DNA of 64,000 nt from an uncultured Salinisphaerales bacterium (GCA_913055805.1 CAJXLF010000010.1:85040-149039), one strand, 5' to 3'. Counted from the first letter of the stretch, positions 1 to 9,395 are shown. A program made the numbers and translations. Notes: generated by a model not told the origin, from the sequence alone.

Positions 1-120
1 AAAATCAGGACGCAGTGCCGCCTCGCCGCCAAGGGCGATGACAAAGCATCTGTCGCGGTGGGCATGGATATACGGTGCCGAACCGCGCAGGACATTCAGA
101 AAGCCTGCATCCGAAGACAT
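1..120 (-). CDS. argA: amino-acid N-acetyltransferase (N-acetylglutamate synthase), N-terminal fragment running off the window
   Basis: Reverse-strand ATG at 118-120. Translation MSSDAGFLNVLRGSAPYIHAHRDRCFVIALGGEAALRPDF resembles the ArgA N-terminus (..SAPYI..HR...FVI.LGGEA). It sits beside argE. Confidence 0.6.
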   Translation of the reverse strand, partial: MSSDAGFLNVLRGSAPYIHAHRDRCFVIALGGEAALRPDF

Positions 121-153
121 GGTGGATGTTCCGTTTTGTTTAATCTACTGAAA

Positions 154-1302
154 TTATAGACAAAATTCGGAGATCAGGCTTTGTAAACTGCGAATGGTCG
201 GCAGAATCATCCGGGTATCGAGAAATTCGTCCGGCTGATGTGCGCAATCAATGCTGCCCGGGCCCATGATCACGGTCTGCATACCGAGTTGATTCAGCAA
301 AGCGCCCTCGGTGGCAAAATCAACGGCCTGGGCACGATATCCGGTCAGCCGTTCACAGGCTGCGATGATAGGGCTGTCCAGAGGCGTTGAAAAGGCTGGC
401 AGGCCTTCGAACAGGGGTTCGAACTCTACACGATATTCAGTGCCGGCCAGCGCTGCGCTTATCTTCTGGCGCAGTTCGGCACGCAATTCGTTTTCGTCCT
501 GTCCTGGCAGAAAGCGCAGGTCGATATCCAGTTCGCAGGCTGCAGGTATGCGGTTGGCATTGTCACCGCCATGAATGCAGCCGGTATTGAGAGTGCCGTG
601 ACCGACCTTGAATTCAGGCAGTTGAGCGCGTTGCGCCAGACTTTGTCTGAACGCGTAAATGCTATTCAGTACCTGGTGCATGCCATCGATGGCGTTATGT
701 CCCAGGGCGGGGTTGCTGGAATGACCGGACTTGCCCAGAACCCGAATGCGGTCAGCGAAAATGCCCTTGTGAATATGTACCGGGTGCATGCCTGTAGGCT
801 CACCGATAACGGCATAGCGTGCCTTGGGTCTGCCTGCCTGCACCAGTGCCCGCGCGCCGTCCATACCACTTTCCTCATCAGCCGTGGCGAGGATGATCAG
901 TGGTTGTTGCAGAGGCTGATGCACGAAATCACGGGCGGCTTCGATGGCCAGGCCGAGAAAAGCCTTCATATCCGAGGTGCCCAGGCCGTGCCAGTAATGG
1001 CCGTTCTCGGTGAGGGTGAACGGATCGCTTTTCCAGCCGCCTTCGTCATAGGGCACGGTATCGGCATGACCGGCCATAACCAATCCCCCGGGGCCCGAGC
1101 CGAGTGTGGCAATCAGGTTTGCCTTGTCTGGTTTTCCAGGTAATTCCATGATTTCACAAGAAAATCCTATATCATCCAGCCATTCTGCAAGTTGCTCGAT
1201 GACATTGATATTGCCCATATCAATTGCGGGATCGCTGCAACTGATAGATGGCAGTTCGATAAGGCGCCGGGTAACATCCCGGATACGCGTTTCCTGTGAC
1301 AT
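154..1302 (-). CDS. argE: acetylornithine deacetylase (M20 family)
   Basis: ORF 154..1431. M20/ArgE motifs are present: GHADTVP, GTSDMKAF, ADEESG. The internal Met (MSQETRIRDV...) gives the expected ~382 aa, so the start is set at 1302. Confidence 0.8.
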   Translation of the reverse strand: MSQETRIRDVTRRLIELPSISCSDPAIDMGNINVIEQLAEWLDDIGFSCEIMELPGKPDKANLIATLGSGPGGLVMAGHADTVPYDEGGWKSDPFTLTENGHYWHGLGTSDMKAFLGLAIEAARDFVHQPLQQPLIILATADEESGMDGARALVQAGRPKARYAVIGEPTGMHPVHIHKGIFADRIRVLGKSGHSSNPALGHNAIDGMHQVLNSIYAFRQSLAQRAQLPEFKVGHGTLNTGCIHGGDNANRIPAACELDIDLRFLPGQDENELRAELRQKISAALAGTEYRVEFEPLFEGLPAFSTPLDSPIIAACERLTGYRAQAVDFATEGALLNQLGMQTVIMGPGSIDCAHQPDEFLDTRMILPTIRSLQSLISEFCL

Positions 1303-1473
1303 GGGCTTACAGTCTTGAATTCTCAGGCCAACAAGGCCATCTGTCTGACATTCCTTGAGGACATATTCTGACAGACTGTTGTCATGCCGGGATATAGGCT
1401 GGTCATTGCCAGATAATGGCAGGACGTACATTATTGCCCTTCAACCGGGCGAGAGAGTCACGGCAGTGACCGG

Positions 1474-2973
1474 ATGGAGAATCTGATGAATAAATTTTTA
1501 GCCGGCCTGATTGTCACAGCGCTGAGTTTTTTCGCACTCACGGCGCAGGCATTCACTTATCAGCCCATGCTGGATGAAGACCTGAGGGAGCAGGCGCCTG
1601 TCGTATTACGCGGACAGATCGTGGGTGCAGACAAGACATTGCCTGCTCATACCCTCTACCAGGTTGCCGTAGATCAGGTTTACAAGGGGTCGGTGCCGGT
1701 CAACGAAATTACTTTCCTGGTGCCGGGTAACGGTGCCTACGACGGACGCCGTATTCCCGGCATGCCGGCGTTTGATGCGGGCGATGAAGTCGTACTTTTT
1801 CTGGTCCAGGACGGGCAGGGCAGATATCGGCTGGTACAGTCGAGTCTGGGCGCTTTTGTTGCAGCACGCGATGCGACTGGCGGTCCGGTATTTGAACGTC
1901 AGTTAGGTGAGGCCCGGGTGTTACAGCTGCAGGCGCCAAGCCGCTCAGCGGTCAACGAAGTACCGCGCCAGGCCAGTCATTTCCTGCAATGGCTGGGTGA
2001 CCCGGCGCCGGAGCAGGCAAGTCAGACGCTCAGCAGCCCCAGCACGACGGGTGCGGCTGCCGGTACGACCCAGAAGGATGAATTCAGCACCCTGGGGTCG
2101 CCACCTTCCCGCTGGTGGATTTTCGATAGTGGGGGATCTGTAACGGTAAGGGCGCATAGTGCCGGTCAGTCGGGTATGCCGGGCGGCGGCTTTCCCGAGT
2201 TTCAGACAGGTATCACTGCCTGGAATAACGATAGCGGCAGCAAGATCAATTACGTCTACGGAGGCACCACCAGTGCCAGCGGCGGGCTCGATAATACCGA
2301 TGGCGTAACCTCCATTCTGTTCAATGATCCCAACAACGAGATTTCGGGCGCTTTCGACTGTCAGAATGGCGGCGTGCTGGCGATTGGCGGTTTTGCTACC
2401 AGTGGTACGAATCGTAGCTTCCAGAGCCGGACCTTCGGCGAGATTATCGAGGGTGATATCGTGACCAACGATGGGGCAGGCTGCTTCTTCCGGCTTAATA
2501 ATGGCACCAACGGCGAAGAGGTTTTCGCCCACGAACTGGGCCATACCCTGGGGCTGGGACATTCCTGCGAAAACGACGAGCCCCTGCTGGGTATTCCGCT
2601 TGACCCGGAAAACTGTCAGTTAGCGACCAATGCCGAGAACAATGCACTGATGCGCTCCACGCCGCATGCAGACGGGCGGGGCGCCGCCTTGAATTCCGAT
2701 GATCGCGCCGGCGCTGCCTTCCTGTATCCGGAGGATGGCAGCAGTAATCCCGATCCTGACCCCGAGCCAGAGCCCGACCCTGAGCCGGAACCGACCGAGC
2801 AGCCCGACATTAACAACAATGGCGGCGGAGGCGGCGGTGGCGGCGGTGGTGGCGGCTGCAGCCTGGTCACCGGGCAGAACCTGGACCCACTGCTGCCGTT
2901 ATTGCTGTTGTTATCGGCGGGTTATCTATACACCCAGCTGCGCCGGCGCAGGACGGTGCCCGTCGGCCGCTGA
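1474..2973 (+). CDS. secreted zinc metalloprotease (metzincin/matrixin-like) with C-terminal sorting-type tail
   Basis: N-terminal signal peptide (LIVTALSFFALTAQA). HELGHTLGLGH zinc motif. PEPEPDPEPEP and G12 spacers. Tail is GCSLVTGQNLDPLLPLLLLLSAGYLYTQLRRRR. Confidence 0.8.
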   Translation: MENLMNKFLAGLIVTALSFFALTAQAFTYQPMLDEDLREQAPVVLRGQIVGADKTLPAHTLYQVAVDQVYKGSVPVNEITFLVPGNGAYDGRRIPGMPAFDAGDEVVLFLVQDGQGRYRLVQSSLGAFVAARDATGGPVFERQLGEARVLQLQAPSRSAVNEVPRQASHFLQWLGDPAPEQASQTLSSPSTTGAAAGTTQKDEFSTLGSPPSRWWIFDSGGSVTVRAHSAGQSGMPGGGFPEFQTGITAWNNDSGSKINYVYGGTTSASGGLDNTDGVTSILFNDPNNEISGAFDCQNGGVLAIGGFATSGTNRSFQSRTFGEIIEGDIVTNDGAGCFFRLNNGTNGEEVFAHELGHTLGLGHSCENDEPLLGIPLDPENCQLATNAENNALMRSTPHADGRGAALNSDDRAGAAFLYPEDGSSNPDPDPEPEPDPEPEPTEQPDINNNGGGGGGGGGGGGCSLVTGQNLDPLLPLLLLLSAGYLYTQLRRRRTVPVGR

Positions 2974-3414
2974 ATGACCGGGCGTAAACTCAGCAAAGAC
3001 GTTTACTGGTGGGCCGCACTGCTGTGCGGCCCGCTTTTTTGGGCAGGCTTGTGGCTGGCAGGCGTCGATATCCAGAGTCCGGATAGATTCCTGCTTTACT
3101 GGGAGCGTTTTCTGCTGGTTATTCTGATCTACCCGCTACTGGAGGAGATTGTTTTCCGGGGCGCGCTGCAGGGCTGGCTGCTGGAGCGGGGGCTGACAGC
3201 TGCCTGGGGTGGAATAAGTACCGCCAATCTGTTGACCAGCCTGGTCTTTACCGCTTTGCATTTCATTTACCATCCGCCATTTTGGGCGGCGGCGGTTTTC
3301 CTGCCGTCGCTGGTTTTCGGATTCTTCCGGGACCGTTACCAGCGGCTTACCTCAGCTATCGCCTTGCATGTGTTCTACAACGCCGGATATGCCCTTTTGT
3401 ATATGCGGTTTTAG
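2974..3414 (+). CDS. CPBP-family (CAAX-type) glutamic intramembrane endopeptidase, minimal 146 aa
   Basis: All three CPBP motifs are present: LEEIVFRG (EExxxR), FTALH (FxxxH), HVFYN (HxxxN). The protein is multi-TM. Its ATG immediately follows the TGA of the upstream metalloprotease. Confidence 0.8.
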   Translation: MTGRKLSKDVYWWAALLCGPLFWAGLWLAGVDIQSPDRFLLYWERFLLVILIYPLLEEIVFRGALQGWLLERGLTAAWGGISTANLLTSLVFTALHFIYHPPFWAAAVFLPSLVFGFFRDRYQRLTSAIALHVFYNAGYALLYMRF

Positions 3415-3471
3415 CCCTGTGTATTGACGGCTCTGCTAAGCTTGTAGGCTTGATTCCAGGGATTTGATGCC

Positions 3472-4026
3472 ATGCTGGCGTACCACAATCTGCAGCAGTT
3501 GCTGCTTAAACTTGGCGTTTCGCAGGAAGCGTCTGAATACCATGGCGCATTGTGCGGCATGCTGTGTCACGGAGAACTGCGGCCACAGGCGCTGATCTTC
3601 GATGAAATGCAGCCGGATGAAGATGCCCGTGCGGCGTTGATGGGTTTTTCCCAGGACAGTCTGGAAGAGTTACAAGTGCCCGAATTCATGCCGATATTGC
3701 CGGACGATGACGAAAATCTCCTGACGCGGGTCGAATCCCTGGCCTCCTGGTGTGGCGGATTCCTCTATGGTCTGGGAATCGGTGAGGGCATGGATATCGG
3801 CAAACTGTCCGAAGAGGCGCAGGAACTGGTCCGCGACTTTACCGAAATCAGTCGTGCCGGCATGGAACAGGACGACGGTGATTCTGGCGAAGAAGAGGAG
3901 CGGGCCTATGCCGAACTGGTCGAGTATGTTCGCGTAGGAGCCCAGGTGATTTTTCTGGAACTTCACGTGCCCACCTCCACATCGAATGATGCCGGGCAGA
4001 TACAGGGTAACCACACGCTTCATTGA
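3472..4026 (+). CDS. ygfB: UPF0149 family protein YgfB
   Basis: Translation resembles YgfB (acidic C-terminus, EYHGALCGMLC). The classic ygfB-pepP-ubiH order is present. Confidence 0.7.
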   Translation: MLAYHNLQQLLLKLGVSQEASEYHGALCGMLCHGELRPQALIFDEMQPDEDARAALMGFSQDSLEELQVPEFMPILPDDDENLLTRVESLASWCGGFLYGLGIGEGMDIGKLSEEAQELVRDFTEISRAGMEQDDGDSGEEEERAYAELVEYVRVGAQVIFLELHVPTSTSNDAGQIQGNHTLH

Positions 4027-4027
4027 T

Positions 4028-5329
4028 ATGCCGGCAAACGAATATGCTCGCCGCCGCAGTGCGGTTCTCAAGAAGATCGGCAAGGAGTCGCTGGCTATCG
4101 TGGCGGCGGCACCCGAACGCCTGCGCAACCGCGATGTGCATTATCCCTACCGGCAGGACAGCGATTTTTTCTATCTGACCGGTTTCCCCGAGCCCGAGGC
4201 GATTGCCGTGCTGGCGCCCGGTGCACCGCAGGGGGATTATCTGTTGTTCTGCCGGCCGCGAGATCCGGAAAGAGAAACCTGGGATGGGCGCCGGGCTGGA
4301 CCTCAAGGCGCTGAAAAGCACTATGCCGCGGATACCGCCTATCCCATTAATGAACTGGACGAGCATCTGACTGAGCTGCTGGCCAATCGCCGTCGGGTCT
4401 ACCACACCCTGGGCGAGCGCCGGGCACTGGATCGGCGGCTGGTGAAATGGATACGCCAATTGCAGGCCCAGAACCGCAAGGGCATCGAAGCACCTACTGA
4501 ACTGTATTCCCTTGACCCGCTCTTGCATGAAATGCGGCTGATCAAATCCGCTACCGAGATCAAGCTTATGCGCCGGGCGGCAGAAGTATCCGCCGAGGCG
4601 CATTGCCGCGCCATGCAGGTTTGCCGGCCGGGCATGATGGAGTATCAGCTGGCGGCGGAACTGCATTATCAGTTCGAGCGCAACGGCATGAGTCAGGCCT
4701 ATGGTTCAATCGTGGGGGGCGGGGAAAACGGTTGCATCCTGCACTACGTGGAGAACGACGCCGAACTCGGGGACGGTGATCTGGTTCTGATTGACGCCGG
4801 TGCCGAAAACGCCGGTTACGCCGCTGATATCACGCGCACTTTTCCGGTGAACGGGCGTTTCAGCGATGCGCAGCGTGCGGTTTACAACGTGGTGCTGAAC
4901 GCCCAGCTCGCCGCTATCGAGCAGGTGCGCGCCGGACGTCACTGGAATCGGCCGCATGAGGCGGCGGTGAAAAAACTCACCGAAGGCCTGGTTGATCTGG
5001 GCTTGCTCAAGGGCAAGGTCGCTGATCTGATCGAGAACGAAGCCTATCGGCGTTTTTACATGCACAGCACTGGCCATTGGCTGGGCATGGATGTGCATGA
5101 TGTCGGTGCCTACAAGCGCAAGGGTAAATGGCGTGATCTGCAACCGGGCATGGTACTGACCGTGGAGCCGGGGCTGTACATCACGCCCGCCAAGGATGTG
5201 GACAAGGCCTTCTGGAATATCGGTATCCGCATCGAAGACGATGTGTTGGTTACCAAAGGTGATCCGGATGTGCTGACGGCGGGTGTGCCCAAGCATATCG
5301 AGGCCATCGAGAAACTCATGGCTGCCTGA
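4028..5329 (+). CDS. pepP: Xaa-Pro aminopeptidase
   Basis: M24B motifs are present: DLVLIDAG, HSTGHWLGMDVHD, VLTVEPG, IRIEDD. The start is set at MPANEYARRR, directly after the ygfB stop. Confidence 0.9.
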   Translation: MPANEYARRRSAVLKKIGKESLAIVAAAPERLRNRDVHYPYRQDSDFFYLTGFPEPEAIAVLAPGAPQGDYLLFCRPRDPERETWDGRRAGPQGAEKHYAADTAYPINELDEHLTELLANRRRVYHTLGERRALDRRLVKWIRQLQAQNRKGIEAPTELYSLDPLLHEMRLIKSATEIKLMRRAAEVSAEAHCRAMQVCRPGMMEYQLAAELHYQFERNGMSQAYGSIVGGGENGCILHYVENDAELGDGDLVLIDAGAENAGYAADITRTFPVNGRFSDAQRAVYNVVLNAQLAAIEQVRAGRHWNRPHEAAVKKLTEGLVDLGLLKGKVADLIENEAYRRFYMHSTGHWLGMDVHDVGAYKRKGKWRDLQPGMVLTVEPGLYITPAKDVDKAFWNIGIRIEDDVLVTKGDPDVLTAGVPKHIEAIEKLMAA

Positions 5330-6501
5330 TGGCAAACGAACAATTCGACGTCATTGTGGTTGGCGGCGGTATGGTAGGTGCCGCGCTGGCGGCGCGCCTG
5401 GCCCAGGTGGATATCAAGGTGGCCCTGGTAGAGGCGCGGCAACCGGCGCCCTTTGATCCGGCCGCGGATTATGATTTGCGCGTATCGGCCTTGTCCGGCG
5501 CATCACAGCAGTTTCTGCAGGAAACCGGAGCCTGGGAATACATTGAGGCTCGGCGTCTGTGTCGCTACACCGACATGCGTGTATGGGAAGATGACGCCTC
5601 CCCCGAATTGCATTTCTCGGCGCTGGAAATGGGGCGTGTCAGCCTCGGGCATATCATTGAGAACACCCTGATTATTGATGCCTTGTGGCAGCACCTGGAA
5701 TCGGTGCGGTGTTATTGCCCGGCGGCCATTGCCGGGCTGGATGTCGCTGAGGCGCAGGCAACGGTGACACTGGAAGATGGTACATCCCTGCAGACAGCGT
5801 TGGTCGTGGCGGCAGATGGCGGGCGTTCAGCCACGCGGGCGCTGGCCGGCATCGAGACCTTCGGCTGGTCCTATAAGCAGCAGGGTATTGTCGCCGTCGT
5901 CAAGACCGCTACGTCGCATGAGTCCACCGCCTGGCAGCGTTTTCTGCATACCGGTCCCCTGGCTTTTCTGCCGCTTGATGACGGGCGTTGCTCCATCGTC
6001 TGGTCGGCAACCGAGTCATTGGCCGGGGAACTGCTTGAATTGGGTGATCGGGCCTTCTGCGCGCGTCTTACCGAGGCATCCCAAGGCCGGCTTGGCGAGG
6101 TGCTGTCCTGTGGACCGCGCGCCGCATTTCCACTGCAACTCAGTCAGGCGGAGCGCTATGTGCAGCCGAGACTGGTGCTGGTTGGTGATGCCGCGCACGT
6201 CATTCATCCCCTGGCCGGTCAGGGCGTGAACCTGGGTTTCGGTGACGCCGCCTGTCTGGCCGAATTACTGACGGAAGCGAAAAAGGCGCGCCGGGATTTA
6301 GGCGGCTTCAAGCTGCTGCGCCGTTACGAACGGGCCCGCAAGGCCGAGGACGCCCTGATGGCGCGTACCACCGATGCGTTGAACCGCCTCTATGCCAGCG
6401 ATGATCGCCTGCTCAAACTGGGTCGGCGTCAGGGTGTGCGTGCGGTGAATGTCTTGCAGCCGCTAAAGACAGCGCTGATGCGCCATGCCATCGGCCAATA
6501 G
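5329..6501 (+). CDS. ubiH: FAD-dependent ubiquinone-biosynthesis hydroxylase (UbiH/UbiF/VisC family)
   Basis: VVGGGMVGAALA dinucleotide fold and LVGDAAHVIHPLAGQGVNLG motif. Position after pepP. The UbiH versus VisC/UbiI assignment was not resolved. Confidence 0.75.
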   Translation: MANEQFDVIVVGGGMVGAALAARLAQVDIKVALVEARQPAPFDPAADYDLRVSALSGASQQFLQETGAWEYIEARRLCRYTDMRVWEDDASPELHFSALEMGRVSLGHIIENTLIIDALWQHLESVRCYCPAAIAGLDVAEAQATVTLEDGTSLQTALVVAADGGRSATRALAGIETFGWSYKQQGIVAVVKTATSHESTAWQRFLHTGPLAFLPLDDGRCSIVWSATESLAGELLELGDRAFCARLTEASQGRLGEVLSCGPRAAFPLQLSQAERYVQPRLVLVGDAAHVIHPLAGQGVNLGFGDAACLAELLTEAKKARRDLGGFKLLRRYERARKAEDALMARTTDALNRLYASDDRLLKLGRRQGVRAVNVLQPLKTALMRHAIGQ

Positions 6502-6507
6502 GACTGT

Positions 6508-7065
6508 TTACTCGAACCAGCCTTTCAAGCTGCGCCACCAGCGTTTCCAGAATGGCGACCCCTCCGCTTCTTCCTTGCTCAGACCTAGCACCCGCGGTGC
6601 GTCGGCGGCGCTGAAGGTGGCGGTGGAATAGGTCTCACAATATTCGTAGAGATGCTTCTTGTGACTGGGGTTGCCCGGGAACCGGAAATAGTAACGGTAG
6701 CTCCGGGTCTGGCCCGGTGCCACGTGAATATCGCTGCGCGGTGGTTTGGCCATGCTGCCCAGGCCCATACGGGCTGTCGAGCGTGCCGTGCAGGCGCGTT
6801 CAATAAACTCCTTTGATGGTCGCGGATCCTTGATTTTGCAATCCAGGTATTTGGCGTCTACACGAAACCCGTAAATGTGCAGGTGTTTACTGCGATTCCT
6901 GACTTCGACGCTGAGTACGCGACGACCGGGCTTGTCGGGGTCGGCACTGACATTGCAGTCATAGCGCGCCTGCGGATAGGCGTCGATACCCGCAAAAACA
7001 CTCGGACTACCAACCAGCAAGGAGATAAATAGGCCTTTGCCAATCCAGGTGTACGGTTTTTTCAT
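6508..7065 (-). CDS. hypothetical secreted protein
   Basis: ORF 6508..7104. The internal start MKKPYTWIGKGLFISLLVGSPSVFAG looks like a signal peptide. No family was recognised. Confidence 0.5.
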   Translation of the reverse strand: MKKPYTWIGKGLFISLLVGSPSVFAGIDAYPQARYDCNVSADPDKPGRRVLSVEVRNRSKHLHIYGFRVDAKYLDCKIKDPRPSKEFIERACTARSTARMGLGSMAKPPRSDIHVAPGQTRSYRYYFRFPGNPSHKKHLYEYCETYSTATFSAADAPRVLGLSKEEAEGSPFWKRWWRSLKGWFE

Positions 7066-7189
7066 GTCGAGCAGTCGTATTCTGGATGTCCGACGAGTAT
7101 ACAAACATACCTGCGCTGCGATGTCAGTTGGCAGCTGCTTGGCCTGTCAGCGAGGAGCGGTTATAGTGCGTCATCCAACGTTAAGCATT

Positions 7190-7378
7190 GCGGGAGAGCA
7201 CAGGCAGTTTCGGCCTGTCACCGAAGGCGCAACCCACCCGGAAACGCTCAGGTAAAAGGACCGCGATATCAGTCCCTTGGGGCTGCGTTGGCTCTGGAGA
7301 GTGTGGTTCGATCGAGCCACCACCGACGGGGCAGGGGTGGCGCAGCCATCCTGATCTCTCAGGTTCAGGGACAGAGGG
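7190..7378 (+). promoter_or_regulatory. tandem glycine riboswitch (two aptamers) leading the gcv operon
   Basis: Aptamer 1 contains GGGAGAG...CACCGAAGGCGCAA...CTCAGGTAAAAGGAC. Aptamer 2 contains CTCTGGAGAG...CACCGACGGGGCA...CTCAGGTTCAGGGACAG. It lies immediately upstream of gcvT. Confidence 0.85.
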
Positions 7379-7426
7379 GTGGAGCGCGAAATGCGCACCC
7401 GAACCTGAATCAAGCCGAGAGATTGC

Positions 7427-8509
7427 ATGGCCCAACGCACCGCCCTTTACGATTTGCATGTTGCCGCTGGCGCCAAGCTGGTTGATTTCGCCGGCTGGGA
7501 CATGCCGGTGCAATACAGTTCCCTGATCGAAGAGCACGAAGCGGTGCGCAACAGCGCCGGCATCTTCGACGTCTCGCACATGACCGCGGTGGACATCCAT
7601 GGTCCGCAAACCCGCGATTACCTGCGTTATCTGTTGGCCAATGATGTGGCGCGCCTGCAGCGCGGCAAGGCCATGTATTCCTGCATGCTGGCCGAGGACG
7701 CCGGCGTGATCGACGATCTCATTACCTATTTTCTCAGCGACGAGTGGTTCCGCACGGTGGTCAATGCCGGCACCACGGACAAGGACCTGGCCTGGATGCA
7801 GCAGCAGGCCGCTGACTTCGATGTGCAGATCAAACCACGTCGCGACCTGTGCATTCTGGCCGTGCAGGGTCCGCAGGCGCGCAACAAGGTGGCCGACCTG
7901 CTGCCGGGCGACGACGCCCAGGCGGTGCTCGATCTGGCGCCCTTCAGTGCCGTGCAGCTCGTCGAATGGTTCGTGGCGCGCACCGGCTACACCGGTGAAG
8001 ACGGCTTCGAAATCATTCTCTCCGCCGAAGATGCCAAGGGCCTGTGGCAGCATCTGCTGAATAACGGCGTGGCGCCTTGCGGCCTGGGCGCGCGTGACAC
8101 GCTGCGCCTGGAAGCGGGCATGAATCTCTACGGTCAGGACATGGACGAAAGCACCCATCCGCTGGAATCCGGTCTGGGCTGGACTGTGGCCTGGGAACCG
8201 GAGGAGCGCCGGTTTATCGGCCGCACCGCACTGGAAGCACAACGCGGTAGTTATGCACGTAAGCTGGTCGGTCTGGTGCTGGAAGATCGCGGCGTGCTGC
8301 GCGCGCATCAGAAAGTTTTTACCGCGCAGGGCGAAGGCGAGGTGACCAGTGGTACCTTTTCCCCCAGCCTGCGGCATTCCATCGGCCTGGCCCGCATTCC
8401 CCGCGAAGCCGGTGATCAGGTGGAAGTGGATATTCGCGGCAAGCGCTTGCCGGCCCGGGTGGTGAAATACCCCTTCGTGCGGCACGGCAAGGCACAGATT
8501 GAAATCTAG
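7427..8509 (+). CDS. gcvT: glycine cleavage system aminomethyltransferase (T protein)
   Basis: [30 protein letters not shown]... is the typical GcvT N-terminus. Operon context supports the call. Confidence 0.95.
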   Translation: MAQRTALYDLHVAAGAKLVDFAGWDMPVQYSSLIEEHEAVRNSAGIFDVSHMTAVDIHGPQTRDYLRYLLANDVARLQRGKAMYSCMLAEDAGVIDDLITYFLSDEWFRTVVNAGTTDKDLAWMQQQAADFDVQIKPRRDLCILAVQGPQARNKVADLLPGDDAQAVLDLAPFSAVQLVEWFVARTGYTGEDGFEIILSAEDAKGLWQHLLNNGVAPCGLGARDTLRLEAGMNLYGQDMDESTHPLESGLGWTVAWEPEERRFIGRTALEAQRGSYARKLVGLVLEDRGVLRAHQKVFTAQGEGEVTSGTFSPSLRHSIGLARIPREAGDQVEVDIRGKRLPARVVKYPFVRHGKAQIEI

Positions 8510-8541
8510 ACAGGCCCTAAGGGCGTAATGGGAGATAAACG

Positions 8542-8928
8542 ATGAGCAATATTCCCTCGGATCTGAAATATGCCAGCAGCCATGAATGGTCACGGCTGGA
8601 AGACGACGGCACCGTCACGGTGGGCATTACCGATCATGCCCAGGATGCACTGGGAGATCTGGTGTTCGTGGAAGTGCCGGAAGCCGGCCAGACCGTGGCG
8701 GCGGAAGACGCCTGTGCCGTGGTGGAATCGGTGAAGGCCGCCTCCGATGTCTACGCCCCGATCAGTGGCGAGATTATCGAAGGCAATGCCGATCTGGCCG
8801 ACCGTCCGGAGCTGGTCAATGACGATCCCTATGGCGAAGGCTGGCTGTTCAAACTGCGTCCGGACAACGCCGACGATCTGGACAATCTGCTGGACGCCGA
8901 CGACTACGAAGCCTCACTGGAAGACTAG
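8542..8928 (+). CDS. gcvH: glycine cleavage system H protein
   Basis: Lipoyl-lysine motif VESVKAASD. 128 aa. Confidence 0.95.
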   Translation: MSNIPSDLKYASSHEWSRLEDDGTVTVGITDHAQDALGDLVFVEVPEAGQTVAAEDACAVVESVKAASDVYAPISGEIIEGNADLADRPELVNDDPYGEGWLFKLRPDNADDLDNLLDADDYEASLED

Positions 8929-8938
8929 ATGTAGGGAC

Positions 8939-9385
8939 CACGCAAAGGCGCAAAGGCGCTAAGAAGGAAAATAATGAATGAAAACGATTTGTCTCGTTTG
9001 GTTGTGGGTACTGCCATAGACATTCACAAAAAGTTGGGGCCTGGATTGTTGGAGTCAGTATACGAAGTTGTGCTGGCCCATGAACTTAAGGCAAAAAAGC
9101 TGCAGATTGAACGGCAGGTAAGGATGCCGGTGAATTATCAGGGTTTGCAGTTTGATGAAGGTTTTCGTGCGGATCTGATTGTTGAACGCAAGGTGATTGT
9201 TGAATTGAAATCAATGGAGAGCCTTTCGCGTGTACATAAAAAGCAACTGCTGACGTATTTGCGTCTGGCAGATATGAGATTGGGGTTGCTGATCAATTTT
9301 GGAGCTGAAGTTTTAAGAGATGGATTGGTAAGAGTGGTTAATGGTTTACATGAATAGAAACTTTGCGCCTTTGCGCCTTTGCGTG
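8939..9385. repeat. inverted-repeat-bounded cassette (IR arms 8939-8959 and 9365-9385) enclosing the GxxExxY gene
   Basis: The left arm is CACGCAAAGGCGCAAAGGCGC. The right arm GCGCCTTTGCGCCTTTGCGTG is its exact reverse complement. Confidence 0.7.
8974..9357 (+). CDS. GxxExxY protein (PD-(D/E)XK-like small protein family)
   Basis: GPGLLESVY (GxxExxY) motif, then FRADLIVERKVIVELK (D..ExK-like). 127 aa. GC looks lower than in the flanking gcv genes. Confidence 0.75.
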   Translation: MNENDLSRLVVGTAIDIHKKLGPGLLESVYEVVLAHELKAKKLQIERQVRMPVNYQGLQFDEGFRADLIVERKVIVELKSMESLSRVHKKQLLTYLRLADMRLGLLINFGAEVLRDGLVRVVNGLHE

Positions 9386-9395
9386 AGCAAGTAGA

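Noticed and set aside
2616-2870. Reverse-strand ORF with a poly-Pro run; likewise a poly-Ser ORF at 19054-19386
   Set aside because: These are mirror images of the G12 and D8 spacer codons of the sense-strand genes, not independent genes.
7181-8593. 470-aa ORF antisense to gcvT
   Set aside because: It lies fully opposite a gene with an unmistakable GcvT translation. Its own translation is low-complexity (Ala/Gly/His/Arg-rich), as expected for stop-free antisense frames in GC-rich DNA.
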